Below are positions 16,373 through 19,949 of a stretch of DNA of 19,949 nucleotides, one piece after another. Where the stretch lies: NCBI GenBank assembly GCA_051439505.1, contig JBFRWI010000121.1, forward strand, positions 1 through 19,949, given 5' to 3'. This DNA is from Hormoscilla sp. (GTDB taxonomy: Bacteria > Cyanobacteriota > Cyanobacteriia > Cyanobacteriales > Desertifilaceae). The position numbers were made by a program, and so were the translations under genes. The notes under the pieces were generated by a model that made no database searches, had not been told where the DNA came from, and saw only the letters and a list, made by a program, of their open reading frames with translations. Within the stretch, counting starts at the first letter, position 1; each line of letters starts with the position of its first letter.

Positions 16373-18112
16373 ATGAAAAAGAATACCTATGCGACATTGA
16401 TAGATATATTAAGGGACAGAGCGATCGGGCAATCCAACCAGAAAGCTTATACATTTCTCAAAAATGGGGAAGCTGAATCAGACAGCCTGACTTATCATGA
16501 ACTGGATCTTAAGGCAAGGGCGATCGCAGCCCAGCTCCAATCTTGGCAAGGGGAACGGGCTTTACTCTTGTATCCTCCAGGGTTAGACTTTATTTGTGCA
16601 TTTTTTGGCTGTTTATATGCTGGGGTAATCGCTGTTCCTGCTTATCCACCTCGCCGCAATCAAAAATTATCTCGTTTGCTTTCTGTTGCTGAAGATGCTC
16701 AAGCGGCGATCGCCTTAACCAACACATCGGTATTGAACGGGATCCAATCTCAGGGGACAGAAAATCAAGAATTAGCTAAATTAAATTGGATAGCAACGGA
16801 TAAAATAGATCTGGTTTCTGTGGACTGGACACCCAAACGGATAAAACCAGAACAATTAGCCTTTTTGCAATATACTTCCGGTTCAACTGGAATACCCAAG
16901 GGGGTAATGATTAGCCACAGTAACCTGATGCACAACTTGGCGATAATTTATCAGTGCTTTGGGCATAGTGATAATAGTAAAGGGATAATATGGTTACCTC
17001 CTTATCATGATATGGGGTTAATTGGTGGCGTTCTACAGCCTATTTATGGGGGATTTCCCGTGGTACTGATGCCATCAGTATATTTTCTCCAAAAACCGAT
17101 TCGATGGTTACAGGCAATTTCCCGATATCGAGCAACCACCAGTGGGGGACCGAATTTTGCTTATGACCTTTGCCTTCGCAAGGTTAAGCCAGACCAGTTG
17201 GCAAGTCTAGACTTGAGTAGTTGGGAAGTGGCTTTTACGGGAGCAGAACCTATCCGTGCTGAGACACTAGAGCAGTTTGCAGCTAAATTTAAGTCCTGTG
17301 GCTTCCAAAAAGAGGCATTATACCCCTGCTATGGGATGGCAGAAGCTACATTATTTGTATCTGGGGGATTGAAAACAGAGCCACCCATTATCTGTTCAGT
17401 GGAAGAGATGGCACTACAAGAAAACCAGGTAATACCTCTCTGGAGGGATGTGACAGGCAGCCGTAAGGTTGTATGCTGTGGTCATGCATGGTTAGATGAA
17501 AAAATTGCCATTGTTAATCCCGAATCCTTAACCGAGTGTCCCTCTAACCAAGTTGGAGAGATTTGGGTATCGAGTTCAAGTGTCGCTCAAGGTTATTGGC
17601 GAAAACCAGAGGAAACAGAACAAACGTTTCATGCCTACATAGCAGATACGGTCGAGGGTCCATTTCTGCGGACTGGAGATTTGGGATTTGTCCTAGATGG
17701 GGAGTTATTTGTCACGGGTCGCCTCAAAGATGTTATGATTATCAGAGGTCGCAATCATTATCCCCAAGATATTGAATTGACCGTGGCTCGGAGTCATCAG
17801 GCACTCAAACCAAATTGCGGATCTGCTATATTAATAGAGGTGAAGGGTGAAGAGCGACTGGTCATTGTTCAGGAAGTGGAGCGGAGTTACCTGCGAAAGT
17901 TAGACACAGAGGAGGTGGTCAGACATATTCGTAGAGCAGTAGCATCCGAACACGAACTCCAGGTTCATGCTGTAGCTTTGCTCAAACCGGGGAGTATACC
18001 TAAAACTTCCAGTGGCAAGATTCAGCGTTACCGTTGTCGAGAAAATTTTCTCAATGGAACTTTGGATGTGTTAAATTCAGCAGAATATGAGAAAGAGCTA
18101 TGTCGATGTTAG
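16373..18112 (+). CDS. Fatty acyl-AMP ligase (FAAL)
   Basis: LAFLQYTSGSTGIPKGV, WLPPYHDMGLIG, SGGPNFAY, YGMAEATL, FLRTGDLG, GRNHYPQDIE, IPKTSSGKIQR; followed directly by an ACP gene. Confidence 0.95.
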   Translation: MKKNTYATLIDILRDRAIGQSNQKAYTFLKNGEAESDSLTYHELDLKARAIAAQLQSWQGERALLLYPPGLDFICAFFGCLYAGVIAVPAYPPRRNQKLSRLLSVAEDAQAAIALTNTSVLNGIQSQGTENQELAKLNWIATDKIDLVSVDWTPKRIKPEQLAFLQYTSGSTGIPKGVMISHSNLMHNLAIIYQCFGHSDNSKGIIWLPPYHDMGLIGGVLQPIYGGFPVVLMPSVYFLQKPIRWLQAISRYRATTSGGPNFAYDLCLRKVKPDQLASLDLSSWEVAFTGAEPIRAETLEQFAAKFKSCGFQKEALYPCYGMAEATLFVSGGLKTEPPIICSVEEMALQENQVIPLWRDVTGSRKVVCCGHAWLDEKIAIVNPESLTECPSNQVGEIWVSSSSVAQGYWRKPEETEQTFHAYIADTVEGPFLRTGDLGFVLDGELFVTGRLKDVMIIRGRNHYPQDIELTVARSHQALKPNCGSAILIEVKGEERLVIVQEVERSYLRKLDTEEVVRHIRRAVASEHELQVHAVALLKPGSIPKTSSGKIQRYRCRENFLNGTLDVLNSAEYEKELCRC

Positions 18113-18167
18113 ATAGTAAAACAGCAATGCTATCGTAACCACAAAAATTATCGAGGATTTGAAAACA

Positions 18168-18506
18168 ATGGAAACTAAAAATCTTGAAGTTCCCCATATG
18201 CCAACAGATTTAGTACCTAACACTGATAATGGTCACGTAGCTGCTCCGAAATCTCCTCCAAGTGTAACAGAAATTAAAGCTTGGTTAGTCTCCTATGTGG
18301 CGGAAATGCTAGAAATTGAACCATCGGAGGTCGATATTAGCTTGGAGTTTAATGACTATGGTCTGGATTCGAGTGCAGCTGTTGGAATTACGGGGGACTT
18401 AGAGGAATGGTTAGAGCGCGAACTAGATCCTACCCTTCTTTATGATTACCCAACTATTGAATCTCTAGGGCAGCATTTAGCCTCCGAACTAAAAATAGAG
18501 GCTTAA
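18168..18506 (+). CDS. Stand-alone acyl carrier protein
   Basis: IKAWLVSYVAE...DYGLDSSAAV (phosphopantetheine Ser)...PTLLYDYPTIESL. ATG 18168 is chosen; TTG 18159 is possible. Confidence 0.93.
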   Translation: METKNLEVPHMPTDLVPNTDNGHVAAPKSPPSVTEIKAWLVSYVAEMLEIEPSEVDISLEFNDYGLDSSAAVGITGDLEEWLERELDPTLLYDYPTIESLGQHLASELKIEA

Positions 18507-18572
18507 ATGGCATTGATTTGTAGCCTTGATTGAGTCGAAAAAAAATGTTAATTAAAATCACAGGAAAAGACG

Positions 18573-19949
18573 ATGGTAGATACTATCTCAACTCAAAACA
18601 TAAACGGTAAAACTTCAAACCAAGGAAAAACGCCGAAGCATTTGACCTTAATTGAAAGAACATTTCAGAGTAATGTTAAGTCTGACTATACCGAGAAAAT
18701 AGAGGCTCTGGGTAGAAACTTTAAATATGAGGTAGAGCGCGATGTTTATTGGGGCGACCCAGAACTGTCTGTGCTATACGGTACCCCCATTTACCAAGCT
18801 GCCTCACCTGCGCAAAAAATTGCGCTCAATCATCTGTTCTGGGTTTCGCAGTACAATAATACAGCTGCTACCGAAGCGGCAACGATCTTTTACAACCAAG
18901 TCACAAAAGGCGTTTTTCTAAAAGTTGGCGTTTACGAAACCCTCTGCGGCGAATTGGAAATCGAAACAGATCAAGAACGCTACCACATTAAAACATTTCA
19001 AAAGGTTGGTTACAAGACTAAACAGGCGCTGTTGGGCAAAGCCATATTAAAAAATTCCATCCAGGGAAAATGGTACAAATCGCAGCAACAGGGCGAGGGC
19101 CGAGGAAATATTTTGGCCTCCTTAGAGGAGAAGTTACCCTTCTCCCTTGACTGGGACAAAACCTGGCGCTGGACAGTAGAAAAAATGCTCCCTCAGCACA
19201 AAAACTGTCGTTCAACCTATTTGGAGGAATTAGTGCAGAGAAATGAGCCAATTCCTGGATATGCAGACGGGCTAGCAGGACGATTAGCTCCTAGTCGGTA
19301 TATGCGGCAGTTCTTTACCTATAATTGGGGAAGTTCGCCATTCTTGGCTTCTCAATACTATACCTTGCGCTACATTGCTAATTTGGCTCTCAAAAGTAAG
19401 GAACATTCCTATTTCAAGTATTTTAAAAACTTAGACAAGAGATCTGAGTTTATTCCCACCCCCACAGCGATTTCCCACTTCCATTTGTTAGATGAATCGT
19501 TTCATACCACGATTTCCCAGACAATTGGTCACGACTTATACAAAGACTTTGCCCCGCCAACAGCCTATGAAAAATTTGTAGCAAATATGGCGGTCTACAT
19601 GATGCAACGTAACGTTTTGAACGGAATTTCTTGTATATTACCCAGTGAGCCATTGTTAGACGATCCGCTGATTATGTTGTTGTGCTACAAAATACTGCGA
19701 TCGCAGATATTCGGAATGTCTTCAGAGGAAGCGCTCCATTGTATGCAGCAAAGTTTGTGTCAAGAAAATGAGGCATTTCACGTCAGCCTCAAGTACCACC
19801 AACGCCTGCTGTCCGATATTCGCCGGTTTGTTCATGATATTGACTACCTCTGGCCAGTCAACCGAGAAATGCGCCTGATGAACTCAGGGGCTAATATCGA
19901 TCGGGCGATCCAAGCAAATATCAAAACCTTTAAGCAATTTGCTCAGTCC
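18573..19949 (+). CDS. CylC-like dimetal-carboxylate halogenase (ferritin/AurF-like fold), 3' end beyond the window
   Basis: Manual translation gives 459 open codons: MVDTIST...YWGDPELSVLYGTPIYQAASPAQKIALNHLFWVSQYNNTAATEA...ETDQERYH...NWGSSPFLA...HFHLLDESFHTT...EAFH...YLWPVNREM. ExxxExxH and HxxDExxH metal motifs are present, and the gene order is FAAL-ACP-halogenase. Not in the ORF track because no stop lies in the window. Confidence 0.9.
   Translation, partial: MVDTISTQNINGKTSNQGKTPKHLTLIERTFQSNVKSDYTEKIEALGRNFKYEVERDVYWGDPELSVLYGTPIYQAASPAQKIALNHLFWVSQYNNTAATEAATIFYNQVTKGVFLKVGVYETLCGELEIETDQERYHIKTFQKVGYKTKQALLGKAILKNSIQGKWYKSQQQGEGRGNILASLEEKLPFSLDWDKTWRWTVEKMLPQHKNCRSTYLEELVQRNEPIPGYADGLAGRLAPSRYMRQFFTYNWGSSPFLASQYYTLRYIANLALKSKEHSYFKYFKNLDKRSEFIPTPTAISHFHLLDESFHTTISQTIGHDLYKDFAPPTAYEKFVANMAVYMMQRNVLNGISCILPSEPLLDDPLIMLLCYKILRSQIFGMSSEEALHCMQQSLCQENEAFHVSLKYHQRLLSDIRRFVHDIDYLWPVNREMRLMNSGANIDRAIQANIKTFKQFAQS

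Noticed and set aside
19018..19653. Two short minus-strand ORFs
   Set aside because: They are antisense to the CylC-like halogenase frame.

Overview
Cyanobacterial genomic DNA, judged from the very frequent HIP1 octamer GCGATCGC and GTAG-type REP and heptamer repeats; probably a filamentous Oscillatoriales-like organism. From left to right the window holds: the 5' part of a hypothetical gene; a REP-like repeat cluster; a RyR/TPR-sensor/SLOG-like/class III cyclase fusion gene; a divergent Crp/Fnr (HcpR-like) regulator and hcp pair with an FNR-type box; a membrane-anchored TPR protein; a PAS-like/GAF protein; a lipase class 3-cNMP-binding fusion; an SPFH/prohibitin gene; a small hypothetical gene; a DCC/DUF393 oxidoreductase; an orphan ParB; and the start of a natural-product cluster (fatty acyl-AMP ligase, ACP and a CylC-type dimetal-carboxylate halogenase that is missing from the ORF track). 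Best candidates for new biology: (1) the C-terminal half of the GAF protein shows, in order, the motifs of a divergent class III nucleotide cyclase with a long helical insert, and it lies directly upstream of a lipase carrying an intact cNMP-binding cassette, suggesting a sensor-cyclase/cNMP-gated lipase pair; (2) a halogenated fatty-acyl biosynthetic cluster led by a ParB gene; (3) a second cyclase with non-canonical specificity residues, bracketed by a duplicated ~50-bp promoter-like sequence. All domain calls come from reading motifs by eye; no searches were run.
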